From positions 1-56,755 of the IMG/VR virus record IMGVR_UViG_3300042879_002674: 56,755 nt of DNA; one strand, given 5' to 3'. The notes beneath the pieces are model-generated. The model had not been told where the DNA came from, made no database searches, and worked only from the letters and a program-made list of their open reading frames with translations. Each line of letters begins with the position of its first letter. Positions within the stretch are counted from its first letter, which is position 1. Positions 39,830-48,450 of this stretch are shown in pieces. Both the position numbers and the translations under genes were made by a program. The DNA is from a virus (taxonomy: Duplodnaviria; Caudoviricetes).

Positions 39830-41107
39830 TTATATTGTTTTAACTGTTTTAGATAATAAATTTTTAGCATTTATTATATTTAAAAGATCATTACTTAAAG
39901 TTTCAGCATCTGAAGCTATAGCTTGTAAGGATACAATTGGTGCTCCATTACTATCAGTAGCTGTTTGGAAGGCTATATTAAGTGTTTGTAAGAATACAGC
40001 TATATCTCCTAATACAAAGTTTAAATTCTCACCTAATACAACAGATTGTATTTTAGTTCCTTCAACACCTTCAGATGAACCTAAATATACTTTATTAGCG
40101 GTTAATGATATTTGTTTAGCATCTACTCCTAAAGTTTCACCACATGATAATTGAATTGATTTATTAGCTAAAGCTAATATTGAATCGGATTTAGCATTAA
40201 ATACTAACCTACCTGAGTTGAGTATAATTTGGTTTCCTTCATATTGTCCTACATTGGTAGGAGGAGTTGATTTAGAAAATGAAAAATTATTTACACTAGC
40301 TGGGAATAGGGGTAGTTGTTGGTTAGAAGTTAAATAAATTGATGATTTATCATTATTGATGTCTTCAGTTACAGGGACCCAAGGATCACTTTCATAATTG
40401 GCTTGCCCATTTCTTATTATAGTAATTGGGTCACCATTTACATAACTAGCACCACCAGACCATTGATTGGGTATAAATGAATTACCTACAGTTGAACCTA
40501 GACGAATTGAATTACCCCATCTACCTTCATATATTACATCTCCTTCATATGGTAATAAAGAATGAATATCTGTTTTTTCATCAAATGTTTTCCCTAAAAA
40601 TATATCAGTACTATTATCTGTTACTCTTCTATAAGATCCTAATGTAGTAGAAACATAATCTCTATTTTCAGCTGGGGTTAAATTAGGGGATACAGGAACT
40701 GCATTATGGTGTTGACTATTCCATATATTTGAAGGAGGAAAATAATACGCTACAGATGAATTTGGGTTATCAGTTAGATTAGCCCCAGGTAAAAATATAA
40801 CATATGTTAATTCATTAATAAGAGGATATTGCTTTATATTAGGGAGTAATGGGGTAGCAACTGTATTAGTTGTTGAATTAGTAGAAATAGCACTTAATCC
40901 ATAATATGCTTCTTCATAGAAAATAGTTCCAATACTATTCCATTCCCCATATTCTTTAAATTTAGGATGAGAATTATCTAATATAATATCTAATACTCTA
41001 ATAGGTATAATTTTAATACCACCTCTACCTAGATTAGCTAATGAAGAAGGACTTACATTAAAAGTATTTTGATATGTACCTGCAGGGCCGAATCTAATAT
41101 TAGCCAT
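39830..41107 (-). CDS. Baseplate hub/spike protein (gp5-like)
   Basis: YPLINELTYV OB-like segment, EGDVIYEGRWGNSIRLGS, beta-helix-like C-terminus, VLGE. Confidence 0.6.
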   Translation of the reverse strand: MANIRFGPAGTYQNTFNVSPSSLANLGRGGIKIIPIRVLDIILDNSHPKFKEYGEWNSIGTIFYEEAYYGLSAISTNSTTNTVATPLLPNIKQYPLINELTYVIFLPGANLTDNPNSSVAYYFPPSNIWNSQHHNAVPVSPNLTPAENRDYVSTTLGSYRRVTDNSTDIFLGKTFDEKTDIHSLLPYEGDVIYEGRWGNSIRLGSTVGNSFIPNQWSGGASYVNGDPITIIRNGQANYESDPWVPVTEDINNDKSSIYLTSNQQLPLFPASVNNFSFSKSTPPTNVGQYEGNQIILNSGRLVFNAKSDSILALANKSIQLSCGETLGVDAKQISLTANKVYLGSSEGVEGTKIQSVVLGENLNFVLGDIAVFLQTLNIAFQTATDSNGAPIVSLQAIASDAETLSNDLLNIINAKNLLSKTVKTI

Positions 41108-41448
41108 TACTCCTCAGTTTTAAATTTATCTAACTCTGCTAATAACTGCTGTTTTTCTTCTTCAGATATACCAAAGCCACCATCACTTGGACCAGCGTTA
41201 TTATTCATAATACGTTGGATAATAGTAGCCATCTTAATTAATTGTTCATCATTTTTAACACTTATTTCTAAGTATTCTTTAATCAAAGGAACAATAAGGG
41301 TAGCATCACCTATTTCTTGTACAAGTGGTTTAAGTTCTGATATTAAGATAGATATTTGTTTGTCTTTCTTTTGTTGGTTGGTGTAAATCTCTTCTAGTAT
41401 ATCAGAGAATTTCTTTTTACCAAATACAACATTGTCTAGTCCATTCAT
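41107..41448 (-). CDS. Conserved-looking hypothetical protein
   Basis: 113-aa helical ORF with a late-type motif upstream. Confidence 0.65.
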   Translation of the reverse strand: MNGLDNVVFGKKKFSDILEEIYTNQQKKDKQISILISELKPLVQEIGDATLIVPLIKEYLEISVKNDEQLIKMATIIQRIMNNNAGPSDGGFGISEEEKQQLLAELDKFKTEE

Positions 41449-41473
41449 AATATTTTATTTATAAATATGAACA

Positions 41474-42190
41474 TTAGAAATTTGTATATCCGTTTTCTAG
41501 ATAAAAATAATAATGTTGTTTAAATATATCATATAACTTGTTGGCTATCTTAGTGATTTTAGGGGTTTTAGCATCAATAATCTCACGAATATATATATAC
41601 AGTGCTTTTTTATTAAAAATGTCTATATGCTCTCTTTTACGGAATAACTCAAGAATAGCATCTGCTATTTGAGCGTCTGCTTCTTTAGGAAATAAAGTAT
41701 AGATATTATTTGTACAATAAGTAACATATTCATCTAAGAAATTAGATAATTTATCTTGAGATGAGCCCTCATCTATTCTATAAGAAAAATCTTCATTTGA
41801 TTCAATTTCCTCAATAGGTGCTTTATCTACTCGTTTCTTATAATTTTTAGTATTAGTAATAATTAAGTAACGTTTAGCAATAGTACCAAAATATGAGAAT
41901 GCTTTTGCTCCTTTAGCTGGATTGAATAAATGAATTTTTGAAAGTAAAAATGTTATTACTTCGTGTTGTAAATCTTCAATATTATCTACCTCAGTATAGT
42001 AAAACTTAAAAGTATGAATAATATTTTCTGTTAATTTAAAAAACGCGTAATGAATACGTTCACGATATATCTTATCTTTTAACTCAAAGTCAGTAGTTGA
42101 GTTATACTCATTAATAGCATTTTCTGTGTCTTGAGTGAAGTATTGAACACCTTTAGGTTTTCTTTTTTTAGCCTCTTGTATTTCAATCAT
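41474..42190 (-). CDS. Phage sigma factor (T4 gp55-like, probably late transcription)
   Basis: Region-2-like EDLQHEVI..L..I..FNPAKGAKAFSYFGTIAKRYL. Confidence 0.7.
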   Translation of the reverse strand: MIEIQEAKKRKPKGVQYFTQDTENAINEYNSTTDFELKDKIYRERIHYAFFKLTENIIHTFKFYYTEVDNIEDLQHEVITFLLSKIHLFNPAKGAKAFSYFGTIAKRYLIITNTKNYKKRVDKAPIEEIESNEDFSYRIDEGSSQDKLSNFLDEYVTYCTNNIYTLFPKEADAQIADAILELFRKREHIDIFNKKALYIYIREIIDAKTPKITKIANKLYDIFKQHYYFYLENGYTNF

Positions 42191-42462
42191 AAATTTTTAA
42201 TTTGGAAAGCATTTAATGCTTCTTGAAGTTGTTTAACAGATTGGAAAAAGAAACCAATTTCATCATCTGATTCGAATGAACCTTTATGGTCTATTTCTTT
42301 AAGTTTTTTATCTGATAATTCGATTATACCTGATATTTTGTTTAGGTATCCCATATATCCTGCTAGGATATCTTCTTGGCGCTCATTCTTTTTAAGAAGG
42401 TTAAAGGTCGTGAATCCTAAGACCACGACCATTAAGCCTAATATTATTGTTAATATTATCAT
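42187..42462 (-). CDS. Membrane-anchored hypothetical protein
   Basis: N-terminal TM helix; GSFESDDEIGFFF. Confidence 0.65.
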   Translation of the reverse strand: MIILTIILGLMVVVLGFTTFNLLKKNERQEDILAGYMGYLNKISGIIELSDKKLKEIDHKGSFESDDEIGFFFQSVKQLQEALNAFQIKNL

Positions 42463-43229
42463 ATACTATCTAACATGTTCATTAAACCTTGAGACTTAAC
42501 ATTACTTAATGTTTTTGTCTTAATTGTTTGTTTAGGTGCTTTAGTAACAGCAAAATTATTTACTTTTTTAACTTCACCTTTCAATTTAGGATTCCATTCA
42601 CGCTCAAATTCAATACGAGCAGCCATTAAATCTGCTTGGTGAACAATGTAAATTAATGAAGTACGAGGTTTAGTTTCTGGTGACCAAGACATTAAATATG
42701 GCTTGTTAGCATCATCATATAAACCATCATGCAACTTAATTGCTAACCACTCGTTTTTAGACATCTGAATACCATGAGAAAGTAATAAATGTAGACTACG
42801 ATCTGGTACTGACATGAATTCTAAACGATCGTTAAATTTATAATCTTCACCTAGTTTATCTTTACGCCATTGGTCATCCTGAGGAATATATGCTTCATGT
42901 TGTTCATCACCCATTTTACCTAAGTCATGATTTAGAGCTGCAAATACTAATTCTTCTTTAGTGTAAGTAGACTCATCTACTCCCATTTCAACCCAAACAT
43001 TATTTAATTTAAGAGCACAATCTACTACTCGTAATACGTGATCTACGTAACCACCTGGGAAAGCATTATGATATTCTTTCTTATGAGCAGCAGGCATTAG
43101 CATAATACGTTCTGAGTATTTAGAGTAAAAATCTAGTAATTGTGAACGGCGTGGTTCACTGATGTAAGATTTAATGGTTTCTTCTAAATCTACCCAGTTT
43201 TGTTGGATTTGTTCTGCTGTTAAATTCAT
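42459..43229 (-). CDS. HD-domain phosphohydrolase (YhaM-like); start revised to MNLTAEQI
   Basis: HNAFPGGYVDH, NHDLGK, HDG, HQAD. Confidence 0.85.
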   Translation of the reverse strand: MNLTAEQIQQNWVDLEETIKSYISEPRRSQLLDFYSKYSERIMLMPAAHKKEYHNAFPGGYVDHVLRVVDCALKLNNVWVEMGVDESTYTKEELVFAALNHDLGKMGDEQHEAYIPQDDQWRKDKLGEDYKFNDRLEFMSVPDRSLHLLLSHGIQMSKNEWLAIKLHDGLYDDANKPYLMSWSPETKPRTSLIYIVHQADLMAARIEFEREWNPKLKGEVKKVNNFAVTKAPKQTIKTKTLSNVKSQGLMNMLDSI

Positions 43230-43230
43230 A

Positions 43231-43413
43231 TTAATTATACATTGTTTGTTCAGACTCAACGAATAAACGAGTTTGTTCGATTATCTCTTTTAATTTATTA
43301 ATACCTTCTAAATAAATTTCTAAAGGTTGTTCTTGTTTAACAATAAAATTCAGTTGGTTAGCAAGATTATCCATCTTATCTAATTGATGTAACACGTTGT
43401 CTTTGTTTTTCAT
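43231..43413 (-). CDS. Small hypothetical protein
   Basis: 60-aa ORF abutting the HD gene. Confidence 0.55.
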   Translation of the reverse strand: MKNKDNVLHQLDKMDNLANQLNFIVKQEQPLEIYLEGINKLKEIIEQTRLFVESEQTMYN

Positions 43414-43537
43414 ACGTTTATTATTTGTTTTATATACCCGTGGTCACATTCCACGTTCTTTATTTCCTACGTTTTAGATGTTTCCTAAAACCCGTATCTA
43501 TATAATACGAATTAGGACTTGCGAGGCCAAGCTATTT

Positions 43538-43951
43538 TTAAGAGGGGTTTGCTACGTCTTGTATTTTTTTAAGAAGAGCACAATTCTCATATTCTTCTAA
43601 ATCTTCAAAATGAGAAAGTGCTGATGATAATGCTTTTAAGAAATGTTCATCTGAATATAATATAAGACAATCACGATGCATTTGGTTAGTAGTGTCTATT
43701 TTAGAGATATGGTCCATAGCCCTAGTGAACACCATCATCCCACCAGCTAACTTGATATCATCAATATCTAATTTAGGGTCAGATGATTCAAAGAATTCTA
43801 TCATCTGTTTACTAAATACTTTATAATTTATGATTAACTTTTTAAACATTCCCATCCATACAATAGGGTGATCTGATAAGTCTACTTGAGTAGTACTTAT
43901 AGTTTCCTCTTCAGGGGACTTAAATAAGTTAAAAATATCATCAATATTCAT
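43538..43951 (-). CDS. Hypothetical protein with a UVR-like C-terminal motif
   Basis: FEDLEEYENCALLKK. Confidence 0.6.
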   Translation of the reverse strand: MNIDDIFNLFKSPEEETISTTQVDLSDHPIVWMGMFKKLIINYKVFSKQMIEFFESSDPKLDIDDIKLAGGMMVFTRAMDHISKIDTTNQMHRDCLILYSDEHFLKALSSALSHFEDLEEYENCALLKKIQDVANPS

Positions 43952-43980
43952 ATATCTAAATATATGTTAAGTAGGGAAAT

Positions 43981-43997
43981 AGCGGCTTTAAGCCGCT
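43981..43997 (-). terminator. Hairpin, probable terminator
   Basis: AGCGGCT / AGCCGCT stem. Confidence 0.45.
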
Positions 43998-44009
43998 TTA
44001 ACCATCAAA

Positions 44010-44153
44010 TCAACCCTTTAATAATTGTTTGATATGTCGAGTTTTTAACTCACTTATTTCTTTCTCTAATTGTTCTACTCGTTTACTTATAGTAAAGAGA
44101 TAAGTAATTGATAGAATTGTCTCAATAAGTAAAATAATTGTTAATAATAACAT
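44010..44153 (-). CDS. Small membrane protein; start revised
   Basis: MLLLTIILLIETILSITYLF TM helix plus coiled coil; the track start lies inside a tRNA. Confidence 0.55.
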   Translation of the reverse strand: MLLLTIILLIETILSITYLFTISKRVEQLEKEISELKTRHIKQLLKG

Positions 44154-44167
44154 AATAATAAATTTAG

Positions 44168-44241
44168 TGCGCCCTACAGGAATCGAACCTGTCACCCGCT
44201 GATTATGAGTCAGCTGCTCTAACCAAATGAGCTAAGGGCGC
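44168..44241 (-). tRNA. tRNA with CAT anticodon (Ile2 or elongator Met)
   Basis: Acceptor GCGCCCT/AGGGCGC, anticodon arm GCTGA-CTCATAA-TCAGC, T arm ACAGG-TTCGATT-CCTGT; no encoded CCA. Confidence 0.9.
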
Positions 44242-44246
44242 TATTG

Positions 44247-44387
44247 TACTCAAGGCAGGAGTTGAACCTGCACGGGCTGCCATTATAATGACCACATCTT
44301 ATTCAGACACTTTTTTACCCACGTTGTTATAACCATACGTCGCGTCTACCATCGACCAGGGCCTCCTGATCCTTTCGCCACTTGAGT
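44247..44387 (-). ncRNA. Oversized tRNA-like RNA (141 nt)
   Basis: Acceptor ACTCAAG/CTTGAGT, T arm GCAGG-TTCAACT-CCTGC, Leu-type D arm interrupted by a hairpin; non-canonical centre. Confidence 0.7.
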
Positions 44388-44391
44388 GTAG

Positions 44392-44463
44392 AGCTTCTTG
44401 TAGGAATCGAACCCACTTATCCTGAGTACAAATCAGGTGCATCACCTTTTATGCTTAAGAAGC
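44392..44463 (-). tRNA. tRNA-Thr(TGT)
   Basis: Acceptor GCTTCTT/AAGAAGC, anticodon arm CCTGA-TTTGTAC-TCAGG, T loop TTCGATT. Confidence 0.85.
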
Positions 44464-44475
44464 TTTTATATATGA

Positions 44476-44508
44476 TGAATATAATATCCATCTATTGGGA
44501 AGCCAAAC
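44476..44508 (-). promoter_or_regulatory. Early/host-type promoter driving the tRNA cluster
   Basis: 33-bp motif ending 12 nt before tRNA-Thr. Confidence 0.75.
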
Positions 44509-44522
44509 TCTTATTAATAAAA

Positions 44523-44545
44523 AAAGCCGGGCTTAACCCGGCTTT
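44523..44545 (-). terminator. Intrinsic terminator
   Basis: AAAGCCGGG / CCCGGCTTT stem followed by a T tract on the minus strand. Confidence 0.75.
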
Positions 44546-44570
44546 AAACGACTATCTATATTTTTATATA

Positions 44571-44846
44571 TTAGATATTATCTTCACCGGTATCGTTGGT
44601 ATTTTCCGTTTTTTTACGTGGAGAAGAAAACTTATCTAACGTATCAGCTCCCATTCCTATAGCTGTTATAATTAACACAGCGTCAACTAAATTATCAGCT
44701 GGTGCAAAATCAGCGTGAGAAAATGAGTTAATAGTCATGGTTGTACTTAAAAATAAAGCACCAAGTAATGCGATTACTGGTTTAACTGAAGTTGAGCCAC
44801 GTTCATCTTTGAACAAGTCAATGACCCATTGTTTAAAATTCATCAT
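44571..44846 (-). CDS. Two-TM membrane protein (holin-like)
   Basis: 91 aa, two hydrophobic helices, charged C-terminus, late-type motif upstream. Confidence 0.5.
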   Translation of the reverse strand: MMNFKQWVIDLFKDERGSTSVKPVIALLGALFLSTTMTINSFSHADFAPADNLVDAVLIITAIGMGADTLDKFSSPRKKTENTNDTGEDNI

Positions 44847-44883
44847 AATTATGTGTGTTTAAGTGTTTATTATAAATACAACA

Positions 44884-44909
44884 GAGAAAGGAGCTTTCGC
44901 TCCCTTCTC
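44884..44909 (-). terminator. Hairpin terminator
   Basis: GAGAAAGGAGC / GCTCCCTTCTC stem. Confidence 0.6.
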
Positions 44910-44929
44910 AATAATCAATCCCTAATTGA

Positions 44930-45733
44930 TTAAGCAGCAAACTCAGCTGCTAACTCATACAACTTAGCATTCAAATCTAAGTCTTGTCTGAAGTTCTTAA
45001 TCTTACGAGCTTTTCTAACTTTAGCTCCTGATTGATACTCAAACATACCTTGAGTGATCTTTTCTTGAATCACATTAAACACACTCCACAAATCAGTACC
45101 ACGATCTTCAGGTCTAGTAGCTGTAGTTAAGGCATTATAGTCAATTGCAATGTTTTGTGCTTGTTCCTCACCAAAACGTACTTGAACCGCTTTACGAGCA
45201 AACTCTAAAATCTGTTCTTGAGCTAGTTGTGTTTGTTTGAAACGATTCATTGACTCAACTGCTAACGGTAACGCTCCTACCATTGTATTAATAACAGTTT
45301 GTAACTCATTGAAATCGTACCCGTAGTGGCGAATCTTCATATTTTCAAACTCTTGAGTTGAAATTACTAATCCATTCTCACAAACCAATCGAAACAACCC
45401 AGCTGTAAATGTGAACGCATTTTTACCATCATGACTATTAGTTAATAGAATTTGTGGAAACACATTATCACCATCAGCACCCTCAATGAATAAATCATTG
45501 TTACGGAACACTACTAAGTGTTTTTGGAAACCTTCACCTTTACGGGCACGTACTTGTTTAGCATCTACTACACCCCATCCTAGTTCTTCCATATCATCAA
45601 TGATCTGTTTGGTTGAAATGTGTGAGTACTTTTGACTAGTACCTGGAGCACTTGTAGTTGTGAAAATTGAACTTGCTTTTTCTCTAATTTCAGAAGCAGT
45701 TAAAAACTGGTTGTTGTTTAAATCTAGTGGCAT
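44930..45733 (-). CDS. DUF932/DUF945-family protein
   Basis: LLTNSHDG...AGLFRLVCENGLV; DLWSVFNVIQE. Confidence 0.85.
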   Translation of the reverse strand: MPLDLNNNQFLTASEIREKASSIFTTTSAPGTSQKYSHISTKQIIDDMEELGWGVVDAKQVRARKGEGFQKHLVVFRNNDLFIEGADGDNVFPQILLTNSHDGKNAFTFTAGLFRLVCENGLVISTQEFENMKIRHYGYDFNELQTVINTMVGALPLAVESMNRFKQTQLAQEQILEFARKAVQVRFGEEQAQNIAIDYNALTTATRPEDRGTDLWSVFNVIQEKITQGMFEYQSGAKVRKARKIKNFRQDLDLNAKLYELAAEFAA

Positions 45734-45755
45734 AACCTTTATTTTTTATTTTTAT

Positions 45756-46052
45756 TTATAATTCTTGAATTAATGAACACATACGACCAATTGTGTTTCT
45801 ATATTTTTCTCTATAATCCATTCTCCATGGATCCTTATCTATATCTTGAGCTAAAAGAATTGCCTGGTTTGCATATATTTTTAACTTCTCAGATGTTGAA
45901 CCTTCAAATTCACCTTCTAAGGCATCAATTGTAGGTACAATAAATATCTTTTGAACTGCTTTACGGCCTCTTTTTCTAGGTTCAGCTGTGCTTACTTCTA
46001 ATTTAACTTCTTGTTTCTTTGTCCCGGGTGGGCGACCTCTTCTTTTTTCCAT
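45756..46052 (-). CDS. AT-hook-containing protein
   Basis: KRRGRPP and PRKRGRK. Confidence 0.65.
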   Translation of the reverse strand: MEKRRGRPPGTKKQEVKLEVSTAEPRKRGRKAVQKIFIVPTIDALEGEFEGSTSEKLKIYANQAILLAQDIDKDPWRMDYREKYRNTIGRMCSLIQEL

Positions 46053-46080
46053 AACCTTTATTTGTGTTTTTAATTATACC

Positions 46081-46113
46081 TAAATATAACATCCTTATCC
46101 TGGTGAGCCAAAC
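46081..46113 (-). promoter_or_regulatory. Early/host-type promoter
   Basis: Consensus 33-bp motif. Confidence 0.8.
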
Positions 46114-46115
46114 TC

Positions 46116-46286
46116 TTAACCGAAAATGATTGTCAAAGCGATATAAAACGCAAAATTAACAGTTACATTACCTAAGAAACTAACTAATTCCTGTTTAGTT
46201 GTTGGTTTTACCTCAGCCTTTTTATTCGCGATTACTCGAGCGATTACTGCTCCCAAAATCAAAATTGCAATTACTGTTGTGTTCAT
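46116..46286 (-). CDS. Small two-TM membrane protein; not in the ORF track
   Basis: MNTTVIAILILGAVIARVIANKKAEVKPTTKQELVSFLGNVTVNFAFYIALTIIFG; fills the space between two promoters. Confidence 0.65.
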   Translation of the reverse strand: MNTTVIAILILGAVIARVIANKKAEVKPTTKQELVSFLGNVTVNFAFYIALTIIFG

Positions 46287-46312
46287 AGTCGTTATTATTA
46301 ATTATTATATAT

Positions 46313-46345
46313 TAAATATAACATCCACTCACCAGGAAGCCAAAC
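46313..46345 (-). promoter_or_regulatory. Early/host-type promoter
   Basis: Consensus 33-bp motif. Confidence 0.8.
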
Positions 46346-46396
46346 ATTCACCCGGAAAGGTTACGAGAAGATACTAGAACGTTGAAAATTAATGGA

Positions 46397-47359
46397 TTAG
46401 ACGATTTCTAGAGTAACATCGTCACCTATCTCACGAATCACTGCTAAAGCGTCCTGAGTCGCTACTACTATAGTTGAGTAGTTATCATCATCATTTAACC
46501 CAACTACTTGTACTAAACCAGCGTCTTCAATTACTTCCTCAATTGAACCAACTTGATCAACAATTTCATCTAATTGAGCTACTTTAAGATTTGTAGTTCT
46601 CATTTCATATATACCATAATCTCCTTTAGATAGAGATAAACCTGATAATGCTTGTTTAATGTCGAGTAATACTTGAGGCGGTTCAGTAGATAGTATTAAG
46701 TGATCTACTCCTATACCTTCCATTAAACTAGCATCACTTATATCTTCAGGTGTGAATGGGACAATAATTCCACCTACTTCACCTCCAATGAAATTACCTT
46801 GTTTTAATCCTATAGGAGCTAACTTACTAATCCACAACTTCCAGCTACCAGGATATAAGATGTTATCTGAGAAAATTGTCTTATATGCTTCTAATAACAT
46901 AGTATACATCTTAACACCTAGTCCTTTGCCGCGGTACTTTGGGCTAACATACGTTAAATGTATCTCTGCGCCCGGTATGCGATATGGCTTAGTACGCCCG
47001 GAATTCGCATTAATATATATTTTTTCTACCTCTACTTGTCCTATAACATAATCATCTAAAGTAGTACCTTTAGTATTTACTAAATATAAAGTACCACGAT
47101 AAGTTGAAGGTACTATAAACTCATAATCACCATCAGATATAAGAGTTGTTTTCTTAAGTATCTTAGGGTTGAATGTAGCACCAGGCTTCAGATCAAAGTC
47201 CTCAGAGTTAAACTTACCTCTACTTACAGTAAAAAATTCATCTTCAGGTATTTGAAAGTCTTCTAAAAATGCTATTAATACCTGTTCTAGAGTGATATTA
47301 TCATCTAAGTCTCCACTACGTAGGTCTAATTCTTTAAGTAAGTCGGTGAGTTTTATCAT
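46397..47359 (-). CDS. GNAT-family acetyltransferase domain protein; start revised to MIKLTDLLKE
   Basis: Acetyl-CoA motif A: YVSPKYRGKGLGVKMY. Confidence 0.7.
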   Translation of the reverse strand: MIKLTDLLKELDLRSGDLDDNITLEQVLIAFLEDFQIPEDEFFTVSRGKFNSEDFDLKPGATFNPKILKKTTLISDGDYEFIVPSTYRGTLYLVNTKGTTLDDYVIGQVEVEKIYINANSGRTKPYRIPGAEIHLTYVSPKYRGKGLGVKMYTMLLEAYKTIFSDNILYPGSWKLWISKLAPIGLKQGNFIGGEVGGIIVPFTPEDISDASLMEGIGVDHLILSTEPPQVLLDIKQALSGLSLSKGDYGIYEMRTTNLKVAQLDEIVDQVGSIEEVIEDAGLVQVVGLNDDDNYSTIVVATQDALAVIREIGDDVTLEIV

Positions 47360-47386
47360 GGTCATAAATATTAAAAAAGTAAGAGA

Positions 47387-47402
47387 GGTCCATGCGTGGA
47401 CC
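47387..47402 (-). terminator. Hairpin terminator
   Basis: GGTCCA / TGGACC stem with a T-rich tail on the minus strand. Confidence 0.5.
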
Positions 47403-47436
47403 CCATCTTATTGCATCTTAATACGTATATACGTAT

Positions 47437-47607
47437 CTACAAACAAGTAATAATAAAATCACCAATAGCGTATAGGAGAGACAGCGATGACCATCCTAAA
47501 AAGAACCATGATGTTTTATACCAAAATTTCTTTGGTTCATCTTTATATAAGTAAAGATTGAGGGCATGTAGACCAGTTAATAAGGCCCATCCAATAATTG
47601 ATACCAT
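47437..47607 (-). CDS. Small membrane protein; not in the ORF track
   Basis: 56 aa, MVSIIGWALLTGLHALNLYLY...FFLGWSSLSLLYAIGDFIITCL. Confidence 0.5.
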   Translation of the reverse strand: MVSIIGWALLTGLHALNLYLYKDEPKKFWYKTSWFFLGWSSLSLLYAIGDFIITCL

Positions 47608-47608
47608 A

Positions 47609-47851
47609 TTATTCTATTGTTAAGTTATCTTCTTGTAGCATTTCTCTAATAACGTCTCTTAGACGGTAACATACATCCATTTCTTCAGGTGTTGCTTGAC
47701 CATTACCTTGTAGTGCGCTTCCGTACTTGTGGACGCTACGTAGTTTTTGATCTAGTTCCCAAAGTAAACTTCTATACTTGTATCCGTATAATGCAGAGTG
47801 TATTCCTTCTGCTTCCTCAACGAGGTCAAATTCTATTGTTAATTTTGCCAT
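47609..47851 (-). CDS. Hypothetical protein
   Basis: 80 aa; MAKLTIEFDL...LWELDQKLR. Confidence 0.65.
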   Translation of the reverse strand: MAKLTIEFDLVEEAEGIHSALYGYKYRSLLWELDQKLRSVHKYGSALQGNGQATPEEMDVCYRLRDVIREMLQEDNLTIE

Positions 47852-47866
47852 AATTTTAAAATTTAG

Positions 47867-47972
47867 TAGTCAGGACAGGAATCGAACCTGCTTCAGCTTT
47901 ATCATTCTGAGTGCCATTAGCTGTTAGTCTCAACCCTGGAAGGTGCTGCGCTTTCCAAAACGCCACCTGACT
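47867..47972 (-). ncRNA. tRNA-like RNA with an aberrant anticodon/variable region (106 nt)
   Basis: Acceptor AGTCAGG/CCTGACT, T arm GCAGG-TTCGATT-CCTGT, D-like GCG...CGC; no regular anticodon stem. Confidence 0.65.
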
Positions 47973-48088
47973 ATATACCTTTTTAAACGACGTCGAGAAG
48001 GCTAACTCTATCTCCTATACGATGAGAACAGTTACTTTGAGCATTGTCAAGAGGCTTACTGTGTTTTACGATCCCCTCGCGAGCGGGG

Positions 48089-48349
48089 CTAATTTTTTTC
48101 TATATGATTATATACTAATTTCATTACCCAAGCATCTACAAACTCATACATACCACATATGTTACGTGCTTCTTCTTCGGTATCATAATAAATTATACTA
48201 CCGTTTTCATCCTTCATGTAACCCATGTTTCTGAGATCTATGATTACGTATTTGCCTTCCATTAAATTTAAAACTTCATTTGGTTCAATACCAAATTTAG
48301 CATTTGGGTTATCATAATTGAAATAATGGATATTTTTTTGATCTTCCAT
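48089..48349 (-). CDS. Hypothetical protein
   Basis: 86-aa ORF. Confidence 0.55.
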   Translation of the reverse strand: MEDQKNIHYFNYDNPNAKFGIEPNEVLNLMEGKYVIIDLRNMGYMKDENGSIIYYDTEEEARNICGMYEFVDAWVMKLVYNHIEKN

Positions 48350-48353
48350 ATTT

Positions 48354-48449
48354 TTAAATTATTCCTCTTTGGACTAAATCGAGTACTATTATACCAACTA
48401 TTCCACCTATAAAAAATCCTATTAAAAAACTCTTTTCGTATTTTTCCAT
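48354..48449 (-). CDS. Very small membrane peptide; not in the ORF track
   Basis: MEKYEKSFLIGFFIGGIVGIIVLDLVQRGII fills the intergenic gap. Confidence 0.45.
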   Translation of the reverse strand: MEKYEKSFLIGFFIGGIVGIIVLDLVQRGII

Positions 48450-48450
48450 A

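Noticed and set aside
44247-44387. tmRNA or intron-containing tRNA
   Set aside because: Too short for tmRNA or a group I intron, lacks an Ala-type acceptor stem, and the extra sequence is split between the D loop and variable region
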